Part shown: positions 45,092 through 54,448 of the stretch, one piece after another | How the letters are laid out: every line of letters begins with the position of its first letter | Position numbering within the stretch: position 1 is the stretch's first letter | From: Chthoniobacterales bacterium | Lineage (GTDB): Bacteria; Verrucomicrobiota; Verrucomicrobiia; Chthoniobacterales; Chthoniobacteraceae | DNA length: 64,000 nt | NCBI GenBank assembly: GCA_038207335.1 | Contig: JBBQZX010000012.1 | Coordinates: 32,001-96,000, forward strand | Direction: 5' to 3' | Notes under the pieces: generated by a model | Database searches by the model: none | What the model saw: only the letters and a program-made list of their open reading frames with translations | What the model was told of the DNA's origin: nothing | Made by a program: the position numbers and the translations under genes

Positions 45092-46531
45092 CTAGGCGAT
45101 GATATCTTTAACGACGCTTCCGAAGTTGTCGGTGAAGCGGAAGTCGCGACCGTTGTAGCGGTAGGTGAGCTTCTCGTGATCGAAGCCGAGCAGGGCGAGG
45201 ACGGTGGCGTGGAGATCGTGGATGTGAACTTTGTTCTCTGCGGCGCGCGCGCCGAACTCGTCGGTCGAGCCATAAGTCGTGCCGCCTTTGACGCCGCCGC
45301 CTGCCATCCATGCGACCATTGCGCGCCCGTTGTGATCGCGACCAGCGGTCGCGTTGCCATTACGGTCGCGAGTGACGGTCCGGCCGAATTCGCCACCCCA
45401 GATGATCAGGGTGCTGTCGAGCATCCCGCGCTGCTTGAGGTCCTTGATGAGCGCCGCGGCAGGGGTGTCAATTTCACCCGCACGACCACGAAGGGCGACT
45501 TCGAGGTTCGCGTGGTGATCCCATCCACCTGCATCCACTTGCACGAAGCGCACGCCACGCTCGACGAGGCGGCGGGCTACGAGCAATTTCGCGCCAGTCT
45601 GGCTCTTGCCGTAGAGATCGCGGATTTCCTGCGGCTCCTTAGAGATGTCGAACGCATCGGTGGCCTCGGTCTGCATCTTGAAAGCCATTTCGAAGGACTC
45701 AATTCGAGCTTCGAGCTGTGCGTCTTTTTGGAGCGCCGCTGCGTGCTGCTGGTTAAGCTTGCGGACGTAGTCGAGTTCGCGCCGCTGACGATCCATCGGA
45801 GTGAACTGGTTGCGGATGTTCATGATTACGTCGTCCAAATCCATGTTGGTCGAGTAGTTCACGTTACATCCTTGATACATGCCAGGCAGAAAGGAGGACT
45901 GACGCCAATCCGGCGCGCCACCCATCGTGATGAAGCCGGGCATGTTCTGATTTTCGGTACCCAAGCCGTAAACGACCCACGAACCCATCGACGGCTTGGG
46001 AAGCTGGAGCGAACCCGTGTTCATGAAGCGCTGTGCAACCTCGTGCGCCGGGATGTCTGTCCAGAGCGATCGAATGACCGCCATTTCGTCGATGTGCTCG
46101 CCGAGCTTCGGGAAAACTTCACTCACCTCGACGCCCGACTTACCGGACGGCGTGAACTTGAACGGCGAACCAAAGGCGAGGCCATCATGGCCGGGAATGG
46201 ACTTGTCGTTGTATTTCACCAGCTCGGGCTTCGGATCCCACGTATCAACCTGCGAGGGGCCACCAGATGCGAAAATGTGAATGACCGCCTTCGCCTTGAC
46301 TTTGAAATGAGGCTGCTTCGGAGCGAGCGGGTTCGCGGCGGACGCAGCTGCGCTCGGCGCGGCTTTCGCATCATACGGATTGATCCCAAAGAGCGAGGCG
46401 AGACTCAGCGCGCCGAAGCCCATGCCGCTGCGCACCAAAAATTCGCGCCTCGTGTGGATGATGTCTTTGATCGTCGCAGAATGCTCGCGACGGAACTTTT
46501 CGGTGGTGATGTGCGATTGCTCAGGGGTCAT
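45092..46531 (-). CDS. DUF1501 domain protein (Tat-exported, sulfatase-like fold)
   Basis: TRREFL twin-arginine leader, GGPSQVDTWDPKP, ARRLVERGVRFVQV..GGWDHH, WGGEFGR, GRDHN, DLHATVLALLG. Confidence 0.92.
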   Translation of the reverse strand: MTPEQSHITTEKFRREHSATIKDIIHTRREFLVRSGMGFGALSLASLFGINPYDAKAAPSAAASAANPLAPKQPHFKVKAKAVIHIFASGGPSQVDTWDPKPELVKYNDKSIPGHDGLAFGSPFKFTPSGKSGVEVSEVFPKLGEHIDEMAVIRSLWTDIPAHEVAQRFMNTGSLQLPKPSMGSWVVYGLGTENQNMPGFITMGGAPDWRQSSFLPGMYQGCNVNYSTNMDLDDVIMNIRNQFTPMDRQRRELDYVRKLNQQHAAALQKDAQLEARIESFEMAFKMQTEATDAFDISKEPQEIRDLYGKSQTGAKLLVARRLVERGVRFVQVDAGGWDHHANLEVALRGRAGEIDTPAAALIKDLKQRGMLDSTLIIWGGEFGRTVTRDRNGNATAGRDHNGRAMVAWMAGGGVKGGTTYGSTDEFGARAAENKVHIHDLHATVLALLGFDHEKLTYRYNGRDFRFTDNFGSVVKDIIA

Positions 46532-46624
46532 ATAGATGTGTTGTTGGCGGGTCGGTTTACTAGCGGATGCAGGATGGTCGGTTTTCTTAGAAAAAATTCG
46601 CGGATCTGCGATGCAACCCATGAA

Positions 46625-47158
46625 TTAAGGCTGGTCACGTTCCGATGTCGAATGGGAATTTTGTGTTTTGGCAGAATTTTCTGAGTTCGTTTCAGGCGCT
46701 TTTTCAGCACGAAGCGAGCCCAAAACGAACAAACCTGCGGCCGTGCAGATACACGCATCTGCGACGTTGAAAGCGGGAAATGGGTTCGCCCCTGGGATGT
46801 GCAAATCGAAGAGTAGTAGATCAACGACATGCCCGTGCGCGATGCGATCGGTGACATTTCCCAGGATACCTGCGACGAGCAACCCGACGCCGCAACGGCT
46901 CAGCGTGTCGGGGAAGGCACAGCGGAAAAATGCAACCGCGAGCCCGATCAGCGCCGCGATCGAGAGGAAGACAAAAGGCAGGTTGTTGTCTTTCAGGAGC
47001 CCCCAAGCCATGCCGGTGTTATCCCAATAGCACAGGGAGAAAAAATTCTCGATCACCGGCACTGTCTCATGCCGAAAGACGATGTGATGGATCGCCCACC
47101 ATTTCGTTGCCTGATCGAGCGCGAATAGCGGGAGCGCTAGGGAAAGGAGCAGCTTCAT
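46625..47158 (-). CDS. lspA: Lipoprotein signal peptidase II
   Basis: LDQATK, NTGMAWG, GNVTDRI..GHVVDLL, PAFNVADAC; directly downstream of ileS. Confidence 0.93.
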   Translation of the reverse strand: MKLLLSLALPLFALDQATKWWAIHHIVFRHETVPVIENFFSLCYWDNTGMAWGLLKDNNLPFVFLSIAALIGLAVAFFRCAFPDTLSRCGVGLLVAGILGNVTDRIAHGHVVDLLLFDLHIPGANPFPAFNVADACICTAAGLFVLGSLRAEKAPETNSENSAKTQNSHSTSERDQP

Positions 47159-47176
47159 CGGAATCGAGGGGCGCGC

Positions 47177-49975
47177 TCAGCCGACCACCGCAGCGCACCT
47201 GTCGCACAGTTCTGGATGCGCGGGGTGCGCGCCGACGCTCAGGCGATGCCGCCAGCAGCGGGCGCATTTCTTTGTTGTCACGCGCGTGATCGCGGCTTTC
47301 GTCTCCGTCCCCGGCGCGATGTGCAGCTCGCTCAAGATGAAAAATTCCTCCAACTCCGCGAGGTGGGGCTCCAGCGCCCGGGCGCGCTCGGCGTCGGCGA
47401 TTTCCAAAGTGATCGCGCCCTCCAGCGCGTTGCCGATCAGCTTGTCCTTGCGCCCCTGCTCGACCGCTTGGCCGATCACGCCGCGCAGTTGCAGCAACTC
47501 GGCGATGCGCGTTTCGAGTGCTTCGGCGCGCCATGCCGGATCGGCTTCGGGGAAAGTCGCGAGATGCACGGAACCCGCGCGCCCGGAGAATTCCCATGCC
47601 TCGTCCGCCGTGAAAACAAGCACCGGCGCGAGCAAGCGTGCGAGCGCGTCGAATGCCTGCGCCATCACCCACTGCGTCGCGCGGCGGCGCGGCGAATCGA
47701 CCGCGTCGCAATACATCCGATCCTTCGTGATATCAACGTAGAGCGCGCTCAGATCGACTGCGCAGAAGTTGTTCAGCGTCTGGAAAACTTTCCGAAATTC
47801 ATACGCCGCATACGCCTCGCGGCACGTCGCGATCACCTCCTGCAACCGCGACATAATCCACAGATCCACGGTCGTCAGGTCGCCCTTCGCCATCGGCGCG
47901 CTAGTGTCCGCTCCGCTGAAATTTGCGAGCAGGATGCGTAGGATATTTCGGAACTGCCGATACGCGTCAGTGAGCAGCGCAAACGACTCCTCGGAGAACG
48001 GAACCTCATTCGTGAACTCCACGCTCGACGCCCACAGACGCACGATGTCCCCCCCATATTTCCCGACAAAATGTTCGGCATTCATCGGCTTCGCGTAAGT
48101 CCCTTGCTCCGACTTCGAGACCTTTTTCCGCGTGTCCTTGTCCACCACAAAGCCGTGCGTGATGACCGACTTGTATGGTGCTGCGTCGTTCATCGCGATC
48201 GAGGTCATCAGCGAAGATTGGAACCAACCGCGATGCTGGTCGGTCGCTTCGAGGTAAAGATCGGCGGGCCATTTCAGCTCGGCATTTTTCCGAAGGACGG
48301 CCTCGTGCGAGATGCCGGAATCGAGCCAGACATCGAGCGTGTCATTGCGCCGCGTCGTGCCCGCCGGAAGTCCCACCGCCTCCGCCCACCACGCGTCGTC
48401 GCGCTCGAACCACACATTCGTCCCATCGCGTTCCGTGATGTCCGCGACTTTCCGCGCGAGCGCCGCATCGAGGATCGGCGCCCCTTTTTCATCGTAGAAA
48501 ACGGGGAGCGGCACGCCCCACGAGCGCTGCCGTGAAATGCACCAGTCCGGTCGCGATTCGACCGTGCCGTAGATGCGGTTGCGACCCCAGTGCGGAATCC
48601 ACTCGACGCCGTCAATCGCTGCCAGCGCCTTGCTTCGCAGCGCATCGACGCGGATAAAAAACTGTTCGACCGCGCGAAAAACCACCGGCGTTTTGGAGCG
48701 CCAGCAGTGTGGATACGAGTGCTTGTAAATCTGCTCCCCGAGCAGCGCGCCGCGCTCGCGGAGATGTTCGATGACCTCTTTATTAGCATCGAAAACGTAT
48801 TTGCCCGCCCACACAGGCACGCCGACTTCCTCGGTGAAATGCCCACGCTCATCGACCGGCGAGAGGATCGGCAAGCCGTTCTGCACTCCCGCGAGATAGT
48901 CGTCCGAGCCGTGTCCCGGCGCGATGTGCACCTGCCCCGTGCCCGTCTCCATCGTCACGAATTCCGCCGTGATGATCTTCGCCTTTCGCTCGAGAAAAGG
49001 ATGCTGCGCCTCACTGCCAGCGAGTTCGCTGCCGGTCATGCCCGCGAGCAGCCAATCGCCCGCTTCCTGCGTCTTTTCGGCTTCGCCTGAAAATGGCACT
49101 TCCTCGAATCCGGCAGCCTCGACGAATGCCGGCACCAATGCCTCCGCGATGACGAACATTTCCGGAGCCGATTCCTCCGCGAGGGCCGCCAGCAAAGGAT
49201 TCCCGGCCTTTTTTCGGAACGCGCGGACGACGTATCGCTGCCGAGGATGCACCGCGATTGCGACATTCGCGGGCAGCGTCCACGGCGTCGTCGTCCAGAT
49301 CACCATGCTCGCTTTTCCAGCGAGCGGGCCGCTCACGATTGGGAACTTCACGAAGATCGCCGGATCTTCGCGATCCGCATATTCCACCTCCGCCTCCGCG
49401 AGCGCCGTCTGTGCGCCCGTGCTCCAGTACACTGGTTTCTTCGACTGATAGACGAGCCCCTTTTCCACGAATGTCGCGAACGCCCGGATGACCTCCGCCT
49501 CATACCCCGGCGCGAGCGTCAGGTAGGGGTTTTCCCAATCGCCGAAGACGCCGAGTCGCTTGAATTGGCCGCGCTGGATGTCGATGAATTTACGTGCGTA
49601 TTCCTCGCTGCGCCGCCGCACTTCAGCCGGCGCGAGGCCGCGCGATTCCTTCACGACTTTGAACTCGATCGGCAGCCCGTGGCAGTCCCAACCCGGCACG
49701 AATGGCGCGCGAAATCCCGCCATCGTTTTCGACTTCACGACGAGGTCTTTGAGAATCTTGTTGAGCGCCGTGCCCATGTGGACATCGCCGTTTGCGAAAG
49801 GTGGCCCATCATGCACGACAAAGGTTTCCGCGCCCGCGCGGGCGTCTTGGATTTTCCGGTAAAGCCCCTCCTTTTCCCACCGCTCCAGCCGCTGTGGCTC
49901 GCGCTGCACGAGGTCTGCCTTCATCGGAAAATCCGTCTTCGGCAGCAGGAGTGTGTCTTTGTAATTCTGGCTCAT
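47177..49975 (-). CDS. ileS: Isoleucine--tRNA ligase (type 1)
   Basis: HDGPPFANGDVHMGT, GWDCHGLPIE, WTTTPWTLP, GTGQVHIAPGHG, DWCISRQRSWG, DQHRGWF, KVSKS, C-terminal CARC/CDRC zinc site; ileS-lspA synteny. Confidence 0.97.
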   Translation of the reverse strand: MSQNYKDTLLLPKTDFPMKADLVQREPQRLERWEKEGLYRKIQDARAGAETFVVHDGPPFANGDVHMGTALNKILKDLVVKSKTMAGFRAPFVPGWDCHGLPIEFKVVKESRGLAPAEVRRRSEEYARKFIDIQRGQFKRLGVFGDWENPYLTLAPGYEAEVIRAFATFVEKGLVYQSKKPVYWSTGAQTALAEAEVEYADREDPAIFVKFPIVSGPLAGKASMVIWTTTPWTLPANVAIAVHPRQRYVVRAFRKKAGNPLLAALAEESAPEMFVIAEALVPAFVEAAGFEEVPFSGEAEKTQEAGDWLLAGMTGSELAGSEAQHPFLERKAKIITAEFVTMETGTGQVHIAPGHGSDDYLAGVQNGLPILSPVDERGHFTEEVGVPVWAGKYVFDANKEVIEHLRERGALLGEQIYKHSYPHCWRSKTPVVFRAVEQFFIRVDALRSKALAAIDGVEWIPHWGRNRIYGTVESRPDWCISRQRSWGVPLPVFYDEKGAPILDAALARKVADITERDGTNVWFERDDAWWAEAVGLPAGTTRRNDTLDVWLDSGISHEAVLRKNAELKWPADLYLEATDQHRGWFQSSLMTSIAMNDAAPYKSVITHGFVVDKDTRKKVSKSEQGTYAKPMNAEHFVGKYGGDIVRLWASSVEFTNEVPFSEESFALLTDAYRQFRNILRILLANFSGADTSAPMAKGDLTTVDLWIMSRLQEVIATCREAYAAYEFRKVFQTLNNFCAVDLSALYVDITKDRMYCDAVDSPRRRATQWVMAQAFDALARLLAPVLVFTADEAWEFSGRAGSVHLATFPEADPAWRAEALETRIAELLQLRGVIGQAVEQGRKDKLIGNALEGAITLEIADAERARALEPHLAELEEFFILSELHIAPGTETKAAITRVTTKKCARCWRHRLSVGAHPAHPELCDRCAAVVG

Positions 49976-49993
49976 CGGGCGAAAAGGGCGGCG

Positions 49994-50021
49994 AGAGTAG
50001 CACGCGAATTCCGCGGGTCAA
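49994..50021 (-). promoter_or_regulatory. Sigma70-type promoter for ileS
   Basis: Minus strand TTGACC-16 nt-TACTCT with an extended -10 TG, 18 nt upstream of the ATG. Confidence 0.5.
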
Positions 50022-50200
50022 CCGAACCGCGATGCGACGCTGCGGAGCGGTGGAAAAACGGCTCTCATTTTCGAGTCGATGACGTCGTCCCGATCAAGTG
50101 GAACGCGGTTTCCGGGAAGTAGCACGCAGAAGATTTCCGGCTTGAAATATTTCGCGGTCGTAATACCCATTCACGTCGAAATTCGGGCTCGTTGTTTCAA

Positions 50201-53200
50201 ATGAAAATTCTCCCCCTCCTCCTCGCGGCTCTACTGCCACTGTCCACCTTTTCCGCGACGACGGATTCGTCCGATCCCGAGATAATGCAGGTTTCCGGAA
50301 AGCTCGTGACCGTTCGCGTTCCGAAGAAATTCGACCGAGTGACTCTGCAAATGCGCGTGTCACCGCCGAAGGGCCACGCCGCGACCGCCCCGGCTGCGCA
50401 GCCCGTGTGGAAGACGGTGTCGATTAAATTCATGGCGGGGAAGGCGCGGGACGTGGGCTTCAAGCTGCCGCAGCTAGTAGGTCGGCGGAATCTGCGGGTG
50501 ATCGGCGAGCAAGCGGATGCGCTGTCGGGGGACTTGCTCACGGGCTTCACGCAATACGGGGCCGATCCGGTGGCGACTGCGGCGAATGGGATTGGCGTCG
50601 AGGGAGGAAACGGCTCGGCGCTCACCAACGTTTCAGGCTCGAAGGTGTTGAATTTTTCCACCGACTCCACCTCCGGAGCGGCCGCCTCCACGCGCGACGT
50701 GGTGGAGAGCGACATCTGGAAGCTGCAGGGCGACCGCCTCTGGTTTTTCAATGAGCGGCGCGGTTTGCAGGTTTTCGACGTGTCGCAGCCGGACGATCCC
50801 GCACTCCTCGGCACGCTGCGGATGCCCGCCGTCGGCGACGACATGTATGTCCTCGATGCCGACCACGCGGCGCTGCTGAAGCGCTCAAATACGTGGTTCC
50901 CGATCCTTTACCTCGATGGGGTCAACCCGGTCGGCACCTTCACGCTGGCCGCGGATGCGAGCCTTGTGAAAAGCGCTGCAATCACGCTGAGCCCGCAGCA
51001 GAAGGCCGCGCAGCCGAGCGAAGTCGTCCTCACCGAACTCCGCGAAGGCCACCCCGAAATCCTGGCACGCGTGCCCTTCACCGGCACGCTCCGCGAGAGC
51101 CGCATGGTCGGCAAAGTCCTCTACGTGGCCAGCGACGTTTATACGAATTGGACGGACACCGTGCCCGCGCAGTGGGGGCTGCAATTGACGTCCTTTGATC
51201 TGAGCGACCCCGCGCATCCCGTGCAGCGCGCGACGCTGAATCTCGGCGGCTGGGCCAATGCAGTTTACGCTACAGACCGTTACTTTTTCGCTGCAAAATG
51301 GAGCGGAAACACGGGCAGCAGTGTGGATATCATCGATATCTCCGACGCGTCCGGCGCGATGACGCAGGCCGCGCAGGTGCAGGTGGAAGGAAACGTCGCG
51401 GATAAATTCAAGCTCCACATCGACGGGAACGTGCTGACCGTGGTGTCGGAAAAGTGGGTGTCCGCGACTGCCAATAATTCCGGGCAGACCACGACAGTCA
51501 CGAAGGTGAACACCTTTTCCCTCGCCGAGGTTGCGAAACCCGCCGCGCTCGGCCATCTCGAACTCGCCCGCGGTGAGACGCTCTACGCCACGCGCTTCGA
51601 CGGCTCGCGGCTGTATGTCGTGACGGCGACACGCGTGGCGAACCCGGTAGACCCACTCTGGATCGTCGATCTCTCCACGCCCGCAAATCCGAGGGTGCTC
51701 GGCGAGCTGGAAATCCCCGGCTTCTCCACCTACGTGGCCCCGCTCGGCGACCGCCTCGTCTCGATCGGTCTCGTGAACTGGCAGCCGGCCATCTCGCTCT
51801 TCGACGTATCGAATCCCGCCAAGCCTGCGCTGCTGACGCGCCTCTCGCTCGCGGCCGTGAACGGCTGGAGCTACACGGAGGCGACTTGGAGTGAAAAGGC
51901 GTTCAACGTTCTTCCCGAAGACAATCTGATTTTGCTCCCGCTGTCCGGGTACGACGAGACGAGCGGGGAGTCCAACGGAGTTCAAATCATCGATCTCTTC
52001 AGCGACAAACTCGTGAAGCGCGGCCTGATCCCCACCAGCCTCGCGCCGCGCCGCGCCACGCTGCACCGCGACCGCATCCTCTCGCTGTCGGCCACGCACC
52101 TCGTCTCGGTTGATGCGCGTGATCGCGACAAGCCGGTGGTGAAGGCGGATTTGGAAATCGCGTGGACGGTCGATCGGGTGTTTGCGGTCGGCGACTACCT
52201 AGTGGAAATCGGACGCGACGGCTGGAACGCGAACGACCCGACGACTTTCAACGTCGCACTGGCAGCCAACCCGGATGCGAGCCTCGGTGCCGTGTCGCTG
52301 ACGGGCGGATACGTCGTCGGCACCGCGCTCCGCGAGGGAGTGCTGCATGTCCTCCAATATCGCGGCTCGTGGGAAGCCGGCACCGGCAAAGCCTCCGCGA
52401 CCCTCTCGACCATCGACGTATCGCGCCTCCCGGCGATCGTGATTTTGGGCGAAAAGAGCGTCCCGCTGCCAGACGATAGCTGGGACTGGAGCAACGAAGC
52501 CAAGGCGCTCTGGCCGCTGCCCACGACGCTCGTGTGGGGCCAGCAGCTCTACAGCGGCTCTTGGTGGAGAGCGCTGAGCGTGGCGACGAACGCGGCGAAT
52601 CAGCAGGCGCAATGGTTCAGCTCCACGACCGAGCGGCTCGTGGCATTCGACGTGACGCGGCCCGAGACGCCGCAGTTTGTCTCTACACAGGAAGTCGGCG
52701 CAAAGCGGGCGTGGGAGGTTTCGGAGCCCTTCGCCACCGAGGGGCTCATTTACATCAGCCACAAAGAGCTCGGCCGCGACCTGCTGCCGGACTCCTCGTG
52801 GCCCAACGCCGCACACGTCACCGCGCCAGTCGCAAACGATGCGCTGCGCAACCGGCACTTCCTGCAACTCCTCGAATACGGCGGCAGTAACGCGCAGCCC
52901 GTCATCCGCCCCGCGCAGACAAACATCCCGGGACGCCTCGTCGGCCTCGCGCAATCCGGCAAGCTGCTCCTGACACGCGGCCAAGGCTACGACCTCGGGA
53001 CTTTCGCCCCGCAGCCCTCCTCCACCGTCCTGCACACCAGCGCCTTCGACGGCACCGACGCTCACCTGCTCGACATCCTGCCGCTCCCCGCCGCCGCCAG
53101 CCCCTTCACCCTCGCCGGCCACACGCTCTTCGTGCTGAAAGCAGAGCCCGCTCAGATTTGGAAACCCGGTCCGATCTCGATCGACGACCCGGCCGTCGAT

Positions 53201-53608
53201 GCCCTGCCGCTCCGTTCCACCAGTGCCATTGCGAGCACGTCCGTTTTGATCAGCCGCATCGCACCCGGTTGGTGGTGGGGCAGCTACGCGATCAATCCAA
53301 ACCTCAGCGAACTCCGCACCTACTCGATCACCCCCGAGGGAAAATTTGCGCCACTCGGCACACTCGCCCTGAAACACGAAACCTCGGTCCACCTCTTCGG
53401 CGACCTCCTCGCCGCCCAAGACGACTTGCGCAGCGTACGCCTCATCGACGTCTCACAACTCGACGCCCCCGCCGACCTCGGCGCACATCAATTCGACGGC
53501 TGGGTCTGGCCCAATCTCGAGGCCGCCGACGGCTCCCTCACCCGAGGCCTCTCAGTCCCGCTCGGCCAATACGGCATCGAAACAATCGCCCTCCCGCTCG
53601 TCCAGTAG
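50201..53608 (+). CDS. Secreted beta-propeller domain protein (Beta_propel-like)
   Basis: Signal peptide MKILPLLLAALLPLSTFS; VVESDIWK, GETLYATRFDG.RLYVVT, VDPLWIVDLS.P..P.VLGELEIPGFSTY motifs. Confidence 0.8.
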   Translation: MKILPLLLAALLPLSTFSATTDSSDPEIMQVSGKLVTVRVPKKFDRVTLQMRVSPPKGHAATAPAAQPVWKTVSIKFMAGKARDVGFKLPQLVGRRNLRVIGEQADALSGDLLTGFTQYGADPVATAANGIGVEGGNGSALTNVSGSKVLNFSTDSTSGAAASTRDVVESDIWKLQGDRLWFFNERRGLQVFDVSQPDDPALLGTLRMPAVGDDMYVLDADHAALLKRSNTWFPILYLDGVNPVGTFTLAADASLVKSAAITLSPQQKAAQPSEVVLTELREGHPEILARVPFTGTLRESRMVGKVLYVASDVYTNWTDTVPAQWGLQLTSFDLSDPAHPVQRATLNLGGWANAVYATDRYFFAAKWSGNTGSSVDIIDISDASGAMTQAAQVQVEGNVADKFKLHIDGNVLTVVSEKWVSATANNSGQTTTVTKVNTFSLAEVAKPAALGHLELARGETLYATRFDGSRLYVVTATRVANPVDPLWIVDLSTPANPRVLGELEIPGFSTYVAPLGDRLVSIGLVNWQPAISLFDVSNPAKPALLTRLSLAAVNGWSYTEATWSEKAFNVLPEDNLILLPLSGYDETSGESNGVQIIDLFSDKLVKRGLIPTSLAPRRATLHRDRILSLSATHLVSVDARDRDKPVVKADLEIAWTVDRVFAVGDYLVEIGRDGWNANDPTTFNVALAANPDASLGAVSLTGGYVVGTALREGVLHVLQYRGSWEAGTGKASATLSTIDVSRLPAIVILGEKSVPLPDDSWDWSNEAKALWPLPTTLVWGQQLYSGSWWRALSVATNAANQQAQWFSSTTERLVAFDVTRPETPQFVSTQEVGAKRAWEVSEPFATEGLIYISHKELGRDLLPDSSWPNAAHVTAPVANDALRNRHFLQLLEYGGSNAQPVIRPAQTNIPGRLVGLAQSGKLLLTRGQGYDLGTFAPQPSSTVLHTSAFDGTDAHLLDILPLPAAASPFTLAGHTLFVLKAEPAQIWKPGPISIDDPAVDALPLRSTSAIASTSVLISRIAPGWWWGSYAINPNLSELRTYSITPEGKFAPLGTLALKHETSVHLFGDLLAAQDDLRSVRLIDVSQLDAPADLGAHQFDGWVWPNLEAADGSLTRGLSVPLGQYGIETIALPLVQ

Positions 53609-53695
53609 TCGGCTTCGTCATCTCGCGCCGCACCTCCGGTCGCGATCCATGATCGCACCTAAGGCTACCGCTATCCTCGCCGCGTTTCCCCGCCT

Positions 53696-54103
53696 CTACC
53701 CCTTCGCGATCTTCTTCGACCGCCGGAACGCCTCCATCGACTTCTTCGAGTTCCCACCCTTCTCGTATAAAATCGCGAGATTCTGCCACGCATCCGTGAA
53801 GCTCGGGTCGAGCTTCACCGCCTCCTCGAACGCCGTGATCGCCTCCGGGTCTTTCCCAGCCTTCATGCAGAACTGCCCGCGCGTGTAGGCATCCGCCACC
53901 TTTTCCACCGTGTCGTCCTCCGGAAGCGCAGGCTCTACGCCGCGCGTCTTTGCCACCTCGCTCGGAGGCGGCGTCGGCAATCGGATGACTTCAGCTTTTT
54001 TCGCCAAAGCCAGCTCCACCGAAGTGCCGGGCGGCGTATGGACACAGCTGCAGAGCGCGAGCCCGGCGGCGACGATGAAGATGCGGAAAAGCAAAGAAGG
54101 CAT
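53696..54103 (-). CDS. TPR-repeat lipoprotein
   Basis: Lipobox LALCS-C; AYTRGQ...EAITAFEEAVKLDPSFTDAWQNLAILYEK TPR pair. Confidence 0.8.
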   Translation of the reverse strand: MPSLLFRIFIVAAGLALCSCVHTPPGTSVELALAKKAEVIRLPTPPPSEVAKTRGVEPALPEDDTVEKVADAYTRGQFCMKAGKDPEAITAFEEAVKLDPSFTDAWQNLAILYEKGGNSKKSMEAFRRSKKIAKG

Positions 54104-54206
54104 GCGGAAAAGTTTCTCATCATGCAATAGCACGCCGCCTGCCGTCGCGAAAGTTTCTTGCGCTCCACTCGACAGATTCCGTCCTCACCGCTCTATTTCC
54201 GCCCTC

Positions 54207-54434
54207 ATGCGCGGACGCAACGTCACGAAACCCTTTACCATCGCCGGCTTCATCCTCGGCGAGATCTACATGCTCTACGTCGTGCTCGCGCCCTACCAGA
54301 GCGGCGCGCCGGTCCCCCTCGTTGGTAAAATCTACCGCGTCCTCGGCGCATCGTTTTTCTTCGGCCCCTTCGGTGCCGCCATCGGTCTCGGCATCGGCCT
54401 CCTCGTCGGTGCGCTCCTCCGCCGCCGGGAGTAG
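54207..54434 (+). CDS. Small two-TM membrane protein
   Basis: 75-aa ORF with two hydrophobic segments and a basic tail, filling the gap between neighbouring genes. Confidence 0.6.
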   Translation: MRGRNVTKPFTIAGFILGEIYMLYVVLAPYQSGAPVPLVGKIYRVLGASFFFGPFGAAIGLGIGLLVGALLRRRE

Positions 54435-54448
54435 GCAGCAGCGAATCC

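Noticed and set aside
49976..50200. T-box leader for ileS
   Set aside because: The putative promoter sits within about 20 nt of the ATG and no T-box consensus was seen.
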